A DNA stretch of 18,990 nucleotides from Verrucomicrobiota bacterium (GTDB taxonomy: Bacteria; Verrucomicrobiota; Verrucomicrobiia; Opitutales; Coraliomargaritaceae). Both the position numbers and the translations under genes were made by a program. Where the stretch lies: contig JBCBZJ010000040.1 in the NCBI GenBank assembly GCA_039815375.1, forward strand, positions 1-18,990. Direction: 5' to 3'. Positions 1 to 8,773 of this stretch are shown here, piece by piece (position 1 is the first letter of the stretch; every line of letters starts with the position of its first letter). The notes under the pieces were generated by a model. The model did not search any database. It worked only from the letters and a program-made list of their open reading frames with translations, and was not told the origin of the DNA.

Positions 1-141
1 ACCGGGCCCGGTAAGCCCAATCCAAGAGTGCGCATGGAAGCCAGACAGAAAGGATTCCAGTCTCGGCCAAGCTTCAGGTAGACAATATCAGCTACAAAAT
101 TGAAATTTTCACATTAAACTTGAGATGCCTTCACATGGAAG
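1..141 (+). mobile_element. Putative non-coding right end of an IS110/IS1111-type element inserted in an attC
   Basis: It replaces the expected xxxxAACC of the first attC (...CATGGAAG|TCGAGATAG versus the usual AACCAG|TCG). The terminal CATGGAAG (134-141) is repeated internally at 33-40 next to a stem. No transposase is in the window, so the family is inferred. Confidence 0.45.
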
Positions 142-197
142 TCGAGATAGCCAACACCTAGGCTGCGCCTAGGCGTCGGCTACTCTATACGTTCACG
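141..197 (+). repeat. attC site, R'' end missing
   Basis: GTCGAGATAGCCAACACCTAGGCTGCGCCTAGGCGTCGGCTACTCTATAC-GTTCACG; internal palindrome CCTAGG/CCTAGG and TAGCC/GGCTA; R' at 191-197. Confidence 0.8.
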
Positions 198-201
198 GGA
201 A

Positions 202-502
202 ATGATGAAACTATATCTAGTATGCTCAGTGGTCGCATTCAGCATCCCTGTCGTAAACTTCATCGTCCTCGGTATCATCCAAAATTTAATGGAGGGAAAT
301 GATGCATTCAGCTGGATAGCGTTCACTTTGAAGACGATTGTTGTCGCGGAGATTTCCTTGCTGTTCTGGATACCTGCCAGTTTGATTGCGCTTATTCTAG
401 CGGTTTCACTTCCAGAAAAAAGAAACAGAATGAAAAGAAGTTGCCTAGCCTTTCCGATTCTAGTGACACTCTTGATCTACACCTGTGGGACATACGTTGG
501 AC

Positions 503-507
<5 letters not shown>
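202..507 (+). CDS. Cassette 1: hypothetical membrane protein (~3 hydrophobic segments)
   Basis: ORF between attC sites; stop overlaps R''; hydrophobic stretches. Confidence 0.8.
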
Positions 508-606
<99 letters not shown>

Positions 607-613
607 AATAAGA

Positions 614-1078
614 ATGAGCATCGAAATCAAAGATATTGCAGAGCTTTCCTCCGCATTGCTCACCCCTGTAATCGGGGTTGTGACTACAATTATTTTAGTA
701 AATCAATATCGCTTAGAGAAAAGAAAATGGAAACTAGATCTCTTCGACAAGCGATACGCAGTTTATCGAGCAACACTGGAGTTTATTGCTGCAATGATGC
801 GACACGGGAAATGCACCCCCGAATCACAAGGACAATTTTTGCAGGGGACAAGAGACCGCGGTCTCTTCTTCGAAAAAGAAGTAGATGAAATCCTAGATGA
901 AGTCTGGCACCTTGGGGTAGACCTCGAAATGCATCAAGACATCTTCAAAGATCTACCCGTTGGAGAGGAAAGAAGTAAACACGTCAGAGCAGCAGGCGAG
1001 TTAAAGAAGTCTTTGCCAAGCCTAGGAAAGAAAGTTCAGGACAGATTTGCAGATTACATTCAACTCAAAGAAAAATGA
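614..1078 (+). CDS. Cassette 2: hypothetical protein with N-terminal TM helix and helical soluble domain
   Basis: 154 aa ORF filling the cassette; hydrophobic N-terminus followed by KLDLFDKRYAVY. Confidence 0.85.
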   Translation: MSIEIKDIAELSSALLTPVIGVVTTIILVNQYRLEKRKWKLDLFDKRYAVYRATLEFIAAMMRHGKCTPESQGQFLQGTRDRGLFFEKEVDEILDEVWHLGVDLEMHQDIFKDLPVGEERSKHVRAAGELKKSLPSLGKKVQDRFADYIQLKEK

Positions 1079-1149
1079 CCCTAACCAGGCGGTGGTCTCA
1101 ATTCCTTTCGCGCTCCGCGCTTCAGTCTTGAGACACCCCATCGTTCAGC
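1079..1149 (+). repeat. attC site (71 bp recurrent type)
   Basis: CCCTAAC...GTCTCAA..GCGCTCCGCGC..TTGAGAC...GTTCAGC. Confidence 0.92.
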
Positions 1150-1155
1150 AAAGTA

Positions 1156-1464
1156 ATGAATAAAGAAACCGGAGATCGAATTGATGCCTGCACCGACGTA
1201 GAGGAAATAGGAAAGATCCTCCACGGAAATAGACCCGACTCCGTAACATGGTCTCGGGCAAAAATGAGACTAGATGCGATTCGTTTTGCAGAAAACCAAA
1301 TCGAGCAGAGAAAAACAAATGCACTAACTAGATTCATGTTATGGCTTACTATTGGCATTTTCATTCTTACCGTGATTCTCGTTCTTACAGAGTTTAATAT
1401 AATCCCAACCAGCTCTAACGGCCATAATGAAGCAAAAGAAAGCACCAGCGAACAACACCCATAA
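1156..1464 (+). CDS. Cassette 3: hypothetical protein with one C-proximal TM helix
   Basis: 102 aa ORF between attC sites; FMLWLTIGIFILTVILVL. Confidence 0.8.
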   Translation: MNKETGDRIDACTDVEEIGKILHGNRPDSVTWSRAKMRLDAIRFAENQIEQRKTNALTRFMLWLTIGIFILTVILVLTEFNIIPTSSNGHNEAKESTSEQHP

Positions 1465-1479
1465 GGCTAGACTTGAAGG

Positions 1480-1545
1480 GCTGAACAAAGCGGAGATATC
1501 AACTGCATTCGCTGCGCTCATTTGCGATATTTCTCATCGTTGGGT
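1480..1545 (+). repeat. attC site (66 bp)
   Basis: GCTGAAC 1480-1486 ... GAGATATC/GATATTTCTC arms ... GTTGGGT 1539-1545. Confidence 0.9.
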
Positions 1546-1552
1546 AGAAAGA

Positions 1553-2206
<654 letters not shown>

Positions 2207-2215
2207 AAGAGAATT

Positions 2216-2674
2216 ATGAAACAAACGATACTGTTCACGCTCGCGACTCTGGTTGTGATTCTACAAATTGGCTGTGCCACAGCTACAACCGGCGCTCGCT
2301 CTGCTGACTTGCAGAGGTCTTACACTGTCGAAAAGGGAACGGTCGTAAGCGTTACTGAAGTGACCATCGACAATACGAAAGGAAATCACTCAGGAGCGAT
2401 AACTGGAGCAGGTTCTGGTGCTCTTTCTGGAGCTTTTATCGATGAAAGTATAGAAGGTGCAATTGCAGGCGCTATAGTCGGAGGCTTGATGGGAAGCACT
2501 ATTGAGAACCTAACTGGAAAGCAGAAAGGATATGAACTCGATATAAGAAAAACTGACGGAACCATAGTTAGAATTCTCCAGCGGAAGCAGACCTTAGAGG
2601 GGATAAGCGTTAATGAAGAGATTGAACTCATGACTGATTCCGACGGCACAACTATCGTCAAGCGTCTCAAGTGA
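2216..2674 (+). CDS. Cassette 5 ORF1: glycine-zipper outer-membrane lipoprotein (SlyB/Pcp-like)
   Basis: Lipobox IGC; GTVVSVTEVTI strand; GAITGAGSGALSGA...GAIAGAIVGGLMGS glycine zipper; GYELDIRKTDG. Confidence 0.8.
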   Translation: MKQTILFTLATLVVILQIGCATATTGARSADLQRSYTVEKGTVVSVTEVTIDNTKGNHSGAITGAGSGALSGAFIDESIEGAIAGAIVGGLMGSTIENLTGKQKGYELDIRKTDGTIVRILQRKQTLEGISVNEEIELMTDSDGTTIVKRLK

Positions 2675-2877
2675 ATGTAGAGAATGTTAGCCCTACGTTT
2701 ACGATCTTAGAAGTGAATCGTTTTGCTTTCGACTTAGGGAATCAGCCAGCATTCTTCTCGGTAGACGTTATCAGGGAGGGAAACAGAACCTTAGTTAGAC
2801 TTCGAGAAGGAAAGCCGAGCTATGGAAAAAACGAAAATATATCGGCTAAGGTTAAAACTTTGCTCTTACAAATGTGA
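2671..2877 (+). CDS. Cassette 5 ORF2: small hypothetical protein
   Basis: GTGA overlap with the upstream stop; ends at the attC R''; no recognisable motif. Confidence 0.45.
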   Translation: MNVENVSPTFTILEVNRFAFDLGNQPAFFSVDVIREGNRTLVRLREGKPSYGKNENISAKVKTLLLQM

Positions 2878-2982
2878 TCGAACCAGGCGAGGTAGTCAAT
2901 GCGAGTTCAGCCGCCGAATTATCCGAGAACCGCTTGCACGATTGACCCGTTAGGCTCGCATCGACTACTCTTCACGTTCGGT
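2877..2982 (+). repeat. attC site (long type, 106 bp)
   Basis: ATCGAAC 2877-2883; GTAGTCAATGCGAG / CTCGCATCGACTAC arms; GTTCGGT 2976-2982. Confidence 0.88.
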
Positions 2983-2988
2983 AAGAAA

Positions 2989-3332
2989 ATGAAAAATCTA
3001 CTGCTAGCCTTAATCCCATTTCTCCTCATCGGATGCGCTAGTGTTGAAATAGAAGAGAATAAAACTCTTCGATACCACGGACACTACAACGTCGGGTTCG
3101 AAGTGAATGAATTCAAGCCATGCGGAATAGACGAAATGTGGTGGATTGGAGCATGGCCAGAAGAAGAGAAAATAGAATTTGGAGCGAGTCCTGAATATCT
3201 AGAAGTTTTTGGAACCGTCACACCTCGAGGGAGATACGGACACCTCGGAGCGTATAAAAGAGAAATCCATATATACAAAATCATTGTTCGAGACATTCCT
3301 CGCAAGGATTGCAATCAACCTGAAAATAAATG

Positions 3333-3333
<1 letters not shown>
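2989..3333 (+). CDS. Cassette 6: hypothetical lipoprotein (start corrected from 2899 to 2989)
   Basis: MKNLLLALIPFLLIGC lipobox; GFEVNEFKPC and GRYGHLGAYKRE motifs. Confidence 0.85.
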
Positions 3334-3397
<64 letters not shown>

Positions 3398-3402
3398 GAA
3401 AA

Positions 3403-3621
3403 ATGATCGAGCTACCATATCTCGTGACAATCATTGTCGTAGCCGCGTTGCTATTGGCATTAATCCCTCTTCTCATCGCATCTGCTCCACTACTTCTTTC
3501 ATTCTTAGCAGCTCTTCTCTTTCGATGTGTAATTGAAATCCGAAATAAAAGAGAAAAAAAGAGAATGGAATCTATTCCTACCGAAAGAGGATCATACGAT
3601 ACGGAAAAGAAACCACTCTGA
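3403..3621 (+). CDS. Cassette 7: small membrane protein
   Basis: Long hydrophobic N-terminal half, basic C-terminal tail. Confidence 0.7.
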   Translation: MIELPYLVTIIVVAALLLALIPLLIASAPLLLSFLAALLFRCVIEIRNKREKKRMESIPTERGSYDTEKKPL

Positions 3622-3666
3622 TGAAACAGAATTCCTCCGACGTTCGAAACCAACAGACTCGACCGG

Positions 3667-3726
3667 GTAGAACCAGTCGGAGTAGCGAACGACTAAGCTT
3701 CGCTTAGTCGCAGCTATCCTCTACGT
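3667..3726 (+). repeat. attC site interrupted by IS1182 (R' GTTCTAC displaced to 5414-5420)
   Basis: GTAGAAC 3667-3673; CGACTAAGC-TTC-GCTTAGTCG hairpin; ends CTCTACGT at the IS junction. Confidence 0.9.
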
Positions 3727-5411
3727 GAGTCTGTGTCAAAAAGTAGCTCCAATGAAGTGTAATCTGTGTTGCTGCTCACTGTCTCGAAGCTATGCTTTAG
3801 TTCGCTTATATCGAACCTTAAAAATGAGTTACCTTGAAGGAGAGCACCGCGATCAAGAACTGTTATTACCGGAGCGTTTAGACGGCTATATCTCAGAAGA
3901 TAACCCGGTTCGTTTTATCGACGCGTTCGTAGACCAATTGGACTTGAGCGCTTGCGGCTTCGAGGCGCAGCGGACAGACACCCGCGGTCGTCCGGGGTAT
4001 GCGCCAGCAGACATGCTCAAGCTGTATCTGTATGGCTATAGCAATCGAACTCGTTCGAGTCGGCAACTCGAGCGTGCTTGTCACATCAACATGGAAGTGA
4101 TCTGGCTGATGCGGCGTCTGAAGCCCGATCACAAGACGATTGCGGAGTTTCGTCGCAAACACCCGAAGTCCTTCAAGAAGGTGTTCCGCCAGTTCGTCTT
4201 TCTGTGCCGTAGGCTCGGTCTGGTTGCTGGAGAGCTCGTTGCCATCGACGGCACACAACTCAAAGCGGTGAACAACCCGAGCAAGAATCTGACGCGCACC
4301 CGCTTGCAGCGTCAGATCAAAGATGCCGACCAGAAGATCGACGCCTATCTCGCACAACTCGACGACGAGGACGCACGCGAAAAAGGCGGACGCAAACTCA
4401 ACCGCTCGAAGCTGCGCGAGAAGATGGGGCGACTCAAGGCTGAGCTGGACTCGATGAAAGAACTCGATTCGGCCATGGAGCAAGCAGGTGTCAAACAAGT
4501 CTCCCAGACCGACCCAGAAAGCCGTTCGATGGCCAAGAACCCACGCATCGCGGTCGGCTACAACGCACAGGCTAGCGCGGACGAAAAGCACGGCATCATC
4601 GTCGCCGAAGACTTAAGCAACGACGTGCAGGACTACGATCAACTAGAGCCCATGGCACGTCAGTCCAAAGAGAATCTTGGCGATCCGAAGGACTTGGATG
4701 TGACCGCCGACAAAGGCTACGACAAAGCCAGTCAGATCAAAGCCGTTGAACAGATGGGTGCGCGTTGCCACGTGCCCAGTCGCCGCAATAGCGTTAAAGG
4801 CGGCAAGCACTACACCAAGGATGCCTTCGGTTATCTAAAAACCAAAGACGCCTACCGTTGCCCCGCAGGCAAGCTACTGCACCGCAGTTATGAATCACAA
4901 GTAAACGGCAAAACGATCTATACCTACAACAACTCAAAAGCCTGCCAAGGCTGTCGCCTCTTCGATCGCTGCACGACGAAAGAGCGCGGTCGTAACATTA
5001 TCCGAGGCGAAGACGAAGCGACCGTCGAAGTAGTCCGCAAGCGGATGGCAAAAGAGCCTGAGAAGTATAAACGCCGAGGAGCGACCATTGAAAAAGTCTT
5101 CGGCACAATCAAATGGGCGATGGGAGCTGAAAGTTTATTAATGAAAGGCGTCGAAAAATCACGCGGCGAATGGTCTCTACTATGCGCTTGTTACAACTTG
5201 AAGCGCCTTATCACTCTGGTCGGCGTCAAAGGCCTCCTAGAGGCCCTAGATGGCCTTGTTTTTGAGCGAAGAATCGCCTTATATCCGAAAATGCCAATCC
5301 AACTCGTTAATCATGCGAACCCTTTCGAAAATCTACGAAGTGTCGGAAATTTAGATACAAATCAACGCTACCAAATTGCCGCGTAATTAACGCTGTTTTT
5401 AACACAAACTC
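3727..5411 (+). mobile_element. IS1182-family insertion sequence, 1685 bp, 4-bp target duplication ACGT
   Basis: IRs GAGTCTGTGTCAAAAA (3727) and reverse-complement GAGTTTGTGTTAAAAA (ending 5411), 14/16 identical; ACGT at 3723-3726 and 5412-5415. Confidence 0.93.
3824..5386 (+). CDS. IS1182-family DDE transposase (probable start ATG 3824)
   Basis: GRPGYAPADMLKLYLYGY, PDHKTIAEFRR, AIDGTQLKA, GYNAQ, ADKGY, YRCPAG, R...IEKVFGTIK motifs. Confidence 0.93.
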   Translation: MSYLEGEHRDQELLLPERLDGYISEDNPVRFIDAFVDQLDLSACGFEAQRTDTRGRPGYAPADMLKLYLYGYSNRTRSSRQLERACHINMEVIWLMRRLKPDHKTIAEFRRKHPKSFKKVFRQFVFLCRRLGLVAGELVAIDGTQLKAVNNPSKNLTRTRLQRQIKDADQKIDAYLAQLDDEDAREKGGRKLNRSKLREKMGRLKAELDSMKELDSAMEQAGVKQVSQTDPESRSMAKNPRIAVGYNAQASADEKHGIIVAEDLSNDVQDYDQLEPMARQSKENLGDPKDLDVTADKGYDKASQIKAVEQMGARCHVPSRRNSVKGGKHYTKDAFGYLKTKDAYRCPAGKLLHRSYESQVNGKTIYTYNNSKACQGCRLFDRCTTKERGRNIIRGEDEATVEVVRKRMAKEPEKYKRRGATIEKVFGTIKWAMGAESLLMKGVEKSRGEWSLLCACYNLKRLITLVGVKGLLEALDGLVFERRIALYPKMPIQLVNHANPFENLRSVGNLDTNQRYQIAA

Positions 5412-5426
5412 ACGTTCTACAAAAAA

Positions 5427-6110
5427 ATGAATCGCATTGAGCCAAAGTATTATGCAACCAGCTTAAAAGTCCTAAGCATTGGAGAATTCTTGAGACTAAG
5501 CCCAGGTCCAATATCTGGCTTCGTATCATGGATTATAGGGCGATTTCTCCCGCCTCAGGGAAAAGAACTGATGCCTACTGACTACGACAAAATCGAATCT
5601 ACTTTGGAGGACATGAGCGAGATGTTGTCCGAAAAGTTGGTTTTTGCTTCATCTTGTTTTGAAGAGAACGAGTTTGCGCCTATCGGCTGGCAGAGGCTCC
5701 CGTCCGACCAACAAGAGATAATAGACTCTGGGAGTGTGATATGCCTGTCGTCATGCGGTCATTTTGTAGGTGTTTTTTCGACCGTAATAAGAGAAAGCGA
5801 AGACACTCCAGATGGTTATATTTATACTGAAGCTAGTAGCATATCCTGTTACTATCCCGATGAAACATATATTTGCGTAGCTGATACGAATATACAACTC
5901 GACCCGATTCCCTCTGAAACTAGCATATGCCTAAAAGGGGAATCCGTTTACTCGCTCAAAGAGAGAATAGAGAAAGAGTTATCGAAGCGACCCGAAGCAA
6001 TCAAACTCAGCAACTGGAATGAAGTCAGGAAAGTGATGGAACTTCACGACACGAAAGCATTCCTATACCGCAAGGATCAACGAAAGCTATTTGTAGAAAT
6101 AGACAAGTAG
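5427..6110 (+). CDS. Cassette 8: hypothetical protein
   Basis: 227 aa ORF from R' 5414 to a stop overlapping R'' 6107. Confidence 0.85.
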   Translation: MNRIEPKYYATSLKVLSIGEFLRLSPGPISGFVSWIIGRFLPPQGKELMPTDYDKIESTLEDMSEMLSEKLVFASSCFEENEFAPIGWQRLPSDQQEIIDSGSVICLSSCGHFVGVFSTVIRESEDTPDGYIYTEASSISCYYPDETYICVADTNIQLDPIPSETSICLKGESVYSLKERIEKELSKRPEAIKLSNWNEVRKVMELHDTKAFLYRKDQRKLFVEIDK

Positions 6111-6161
6111 AACCAGTCGTGAGAGGCAACGCCTTTGGCGCGCCTCCACTTGACGTTGTGT
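6107..6161 (+). repeat. attC site (55 bp, minimal)
   Basis: GTAGAAC ... GAGGCAACGCC-TTT-GGCGCGCCTC ... GTTGTGT. Confidence 0.9.
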
Positions 6162-6166
6162 AAGAA

Positions 6167-6658
6167 ATGACTACGCAGGAAAGAATAAACAAATTCCTCC
6201 TAGAACTCGGGGAATTCATCGAAAAATACTACTCGATGGGTGTTGATTCAGTATCAAATGAAACGCATGAAGACTGGATTAAAGTCTTCATCAATGGGCC
6301 TGCTGAATCTTCGATAGAACTTTGGTCGCAAGGGAAAGAAGTAACTGTAGCTTTCGGAGAGTCTCACTGGCATATAGGCGACTACAATGATCCTGTCGAT
6401 TTAGAGAATATATACGAACCAACAGTCGATAGCGTCATCGAGATCCTTAGTGGAAAGGTAGGAACATATTCCGCATGGAATGAAGAGAAAGCACTAGGTG
6501 GCGGAAGCTACGAAGGAGAAACTATCGAGGCTGCTATCTTGGCGTCGAAAGCACACTTCTCAAAAGCGACTCACCTAAAAGTCAAAACCTGGGCCAACGA
6601 AACGAAGACACAACCAGTCGGTAGTCTCAATTCAGTTACGCGCTCCGCGCTACACTGA
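6167..6658 (+). CDS. Cassette 9: acidic hypothetical protein; reads through most of its attC
   Basis: 163 aa ORF; stop at 6656-6658 inside attC 6608-6681. Confidence 0.82.
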   Translation: MTTQERINKFLLELGEFIEKYYSMGVDSVSNETHEDWIKVFINGPAESSIELWSQGKEVTVAFGESHWHIGDYNDPVDLENIYEPTVDSVIEILSGKVGTYSAWNEEKALGGGSYEGETIEAAILASKAHFSKATHLKVKTWANETKTQPVGSLNSVTRSALH

Positions 6659-6681
6659 ATCGAGACACCTCTACGTTCTGC
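6608..6681 (+). repeat. attC site (74 bp)
   Basis: ACACAAC ... GTCTCAATTCAGT / ACTGAATCGAGAC ... GTTCTGC. Confidence 0.92.
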
Positions 6682-6689
6682 TAAAAAAT

Positions 6690-6923
6690 ATGACTACACC
6701 TAAACAGTTTGCAGTCTTCATCCGGAAAGTCGCCAATGGAACTGCGACAAAAGAAGAATGGGACAGATGCGCTGTTAACCACTACGCCAATGAGAAAATG
6801 GAAGCATCTAGGTCAGAGCTTGTTCGGTTGAAGTTGGGATACACCACAGAAGAAGAAAAGAAGAGTGAACTGAATGAGCTTTTGAACTCTCTCGCTGACC
6901 GTCTTGAAAAACATGAAAACTAA
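6690..6923 (+). CDS. Cassette 10: small helical hypothetical protein
   Basis: 77 aa ORF filling the cassette. Confidence 0.78.
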   Translation: MTTPKQFAVFIRKVANGTATKEEWDRCAVNHYANEKMEASRSELVRLKLGYTTEEEKKSELNELLNSLADRLEKHEN

Positions 6924-6925
6924 AG

Positions 6926-6996
<71 letters not shown>

Positions 6997-7009
6997 GAAA
7001 AAATAATAC

Positions 7010-7558
7010 ATGCTTTTCTTAACACAGAAAGACATCGATGATCTAAGATCACGTGGGTTCGAAGAAGAGAATATCTATTCCACTCCCTCACCAGAGCGAA
7101 TTGAACAGGCAAAGCAGATAGCAGAGCACGTTACAAAAACCTTTCGAGGCATAAAACTCGGTTGCGGCATTGGGCTCCACGAGGGGCAAGCCATTGATGA
7201 CTACGAGTCCGACAAAGAGAGAAAAAGCAAAAGAAAGAAAGACGAGAAAGAGAATTGGTCAGCAATCAGGTCGGATACTCTGAACACTTGCAACAGCAGC
7301 TTGTCATTCTTTGACGCAGCTGGAATGCGCTTTCACTTACCAGCATTTATTTGCTCCGACCTTCGAGGTGAATATGACCAGAGTCTAGAGTTTTCACTCA
7401 CAGATCTAAGCGATTGGATGAAAGAAAAATTCATGCTCTTCACAAATAAAGAGAAAGAAGCAGTTGCCTTGTATCTTGAGTTCTTGGCGGATGACATTGA
7501 TTCAGAATTCTCGAGAGAATCGATATTTCAGGCACTTGAAGAATATTGGAAAAAATGA
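7010..7558 (+). CDS. Cassette 11: DUF6714-like protein
   Basis: LG.GIGLHEGQAIDDY, W..I, SLSFFDAAGMRFHLPAFI motifs recognised from memory of the family; not searched. Confidence 0.65.
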   Translation: MLFLTQKDIDDLRSRGFEEENIYSTPSPERIEQAKQIAEHVTKTFRGIKLGCGIGLHEGQAIDDYESDKERKSKRKKDEKENWSAIRSDTLNTCNSSLSFFDAAGMRFHLPAFICSDLRGEYDQSLEFSLTDLSDWMKEKFMLFTNKEKEAVALYLEFLADDIDSEFSRESIFQALEEYWKK

Positions 7559-7567
7559 AGAAACTGA

Positions 7568-7641
<74 letters not shown>

Positions 7642-7648
7642 AAAAAGA

Positions 7649-8002
7649 ATGAAACTAACAATCTACCTTGATGGTGATCCAACCAATACCTTGAGCAAGG
7701 AGATCTACTCACTTGATCTTACTGAAAAAGAAGAAGCTGATATCATTCTAAACAAAGAGAAAATAGAATTACCAGGCTATGAGAATCCATACCTCTTCAT
7801 CAGCAAACCATGTGGTCCAGGATATCACATTGCAATTTGGGATGGAGAGAAGCCCTTAGTCTCAACAGCCTCTTGGGTACACGAACATTATTCCAACACA
7901 AGAGTCCACATGACTCCAGACTACTACCTCAACATTCACATTGAAAAGAATGGGATCCAACCAGTCGAGACGCTCAATTCCGAGGCTGCGCCTCAGAATT
8001 AG
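7649..8002 (+). CDS. Cassette 12: hypothetical protein; stop inside attC
   Basis: 117 aa ORF. Confidence 0.78.
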   Translation: MKLTIYLDGDPTNTLSKEIYSLDLTEKEEADIILNKEKIELPGYENPYLFISKPCGPGYHIAIWDGEKPLVSTASWVHEHYSNTRVHMTPDYYLNIHIEKNGIQPVETLNSEAAPQN

Positions 8003-8019
8003 CGCTCCCTACGTTGTAT
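7955..8019 (+). repeat. attC site (65 bp)
   Basis: ATCCAAC ... CGCTCAATTCCGAGG / CCTCAGAATTAGCG ... GTTGTAT. Confidence 0.9.
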
Positions 8020-8293
8020 GAAGAAAACGATTCAGACCATTTACTTCATCATCCTGCTCTCTCTCATCGCAGGATGTGCTCTGAATGAAGAGGAACGGGA
8101 ATCCATTGGTTCTGTGGAAATGAAAGAAGATGGAACTCTTGCGTTTATGCTCAGAGCCGAATCGCAAGAAGGAGCTATCGGCCAGAGTTACTTCGAAGTG
8201 GAAAAAGAAGAAGAGAACTACGAGGAGTATTTATCTCATGTTGCACCGATAGAAGTCGGAGAATCGAAAGCAGTTAAACCATGGAAAAACTAA
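8018..8293 (+). CDS. Cassette 13: small hypothetical lipoprotein
   Basis: Lipobox IAGC; IGSVEMKEDGTL.F.LRAE...VKPW; ATG overlaps the R' box. Confidence 0.82.
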   Translation: MKKTIQTIYFIILLSLIAGCALNEEERESIGSVEMKEDGTLAFMLRAESQEGAIGQSYFEVEKEEENYEEYLSHVAPIEVGESKAVKPWKN

Positions 8294-8296
8294 AGG

Positions 8297-8357
8297 ATAC
8301 AACCAGTCGCAAGACTCAATGTCGCTAACGCGCCATCGAGTCAGCTCTACGTTATAT
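8297..8357 (+). repeat. attC site (61 bp)
   Basis: ATACAAC ... GACTCAATG / CATCGAGTC ... GTTATAT. Confidence 0.9.
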
Positions 8358-8706
8358 GAAGAAATTAGAAAAACAGCGCATACTTCTTTATGCTATCGTC
8401 TGTTTTGTGGCTTTGTTCTTCTTCATTTCGATCAGCGTAGACGAGGGAATTCAGAACTACGAAGAACGAACAAAAGAAGCAGGAATACAGAATAATCTAC
8501 GAACAATAGCTTCGAGTGCTGACCAACACTTTCTAACTACCGAATCAGAAAAAATTGAAGTGAATGAAATGATTACTCTTGGGTATTTCGATTCACTGGA
8601 AAATTTTGATGGTGAAGACTACTCCACCATTTTGGTAGAGAAAGGTTTCGAGAGAATTTCAGTCTCTACAAGAGATGGAACCATCTATACCTATGGAGCG
8701 AATTGA
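8356..8706 (+). CDS. Cassette 14: membrane-anchored pilin-like protein
   Basis: N-terminal TM helix then IQNNLRTIASSADQHFL...GEDY, resembling the pilin-like helix of Verrucomicrobia prepilin proteins; no GFTLIE cleavage motif. Confidence 0.6.
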   Translation: MKKLEKQRILLYAIVCFVALFFFISISVDEGIQNYEERTKEAGIQNNLRTIASSADQHFLTTESEKIEVNEMITLGYFDSLENFDGEDYSTILVEKGFERISVSTRDGTIYTYGAN

Positions 8707-8770
8707 TATAACCAGTCGACATACTCAATTCAGTGCCTACAGCACTTCTTGAGTAGTCTCCACGTTACAC
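8706..8770 (+). repeat. attC site (65 bp)
   Basis: ATATAAC ... TACTCAATTCAGTGC / GCACTTCTTGAGTA ... GTTACAC. Confidence 0.9.
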
Positions 8771-8773
8771 GGA

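Noticed and set aside
1427..1552. N-terminal extensions given by the ORF track (also 2899-2988, 3725-3823, 14875-14976)
   Set aside because: They run across attC sites, an IS end or the upstream gene. Downstream ATGs give proper signal peptides or family-typical N-termini.
3621..3666. CCTCCGACGTTCGAAA resembling an attC right end, or a GNAT-like N-terminal remnant (IPPTFETNRL)
   Set aside because: Too short, with no matching left arm. The cassette 7 R boxes already pair perfectly.
3893..4591. 232 aa antisense ORF in the IS1182 transposase, and other antisense or out-of-frame ORFs in cassettes, IS3 and imuABC
   Set aside because: These are shadow frames of well-supported genes.
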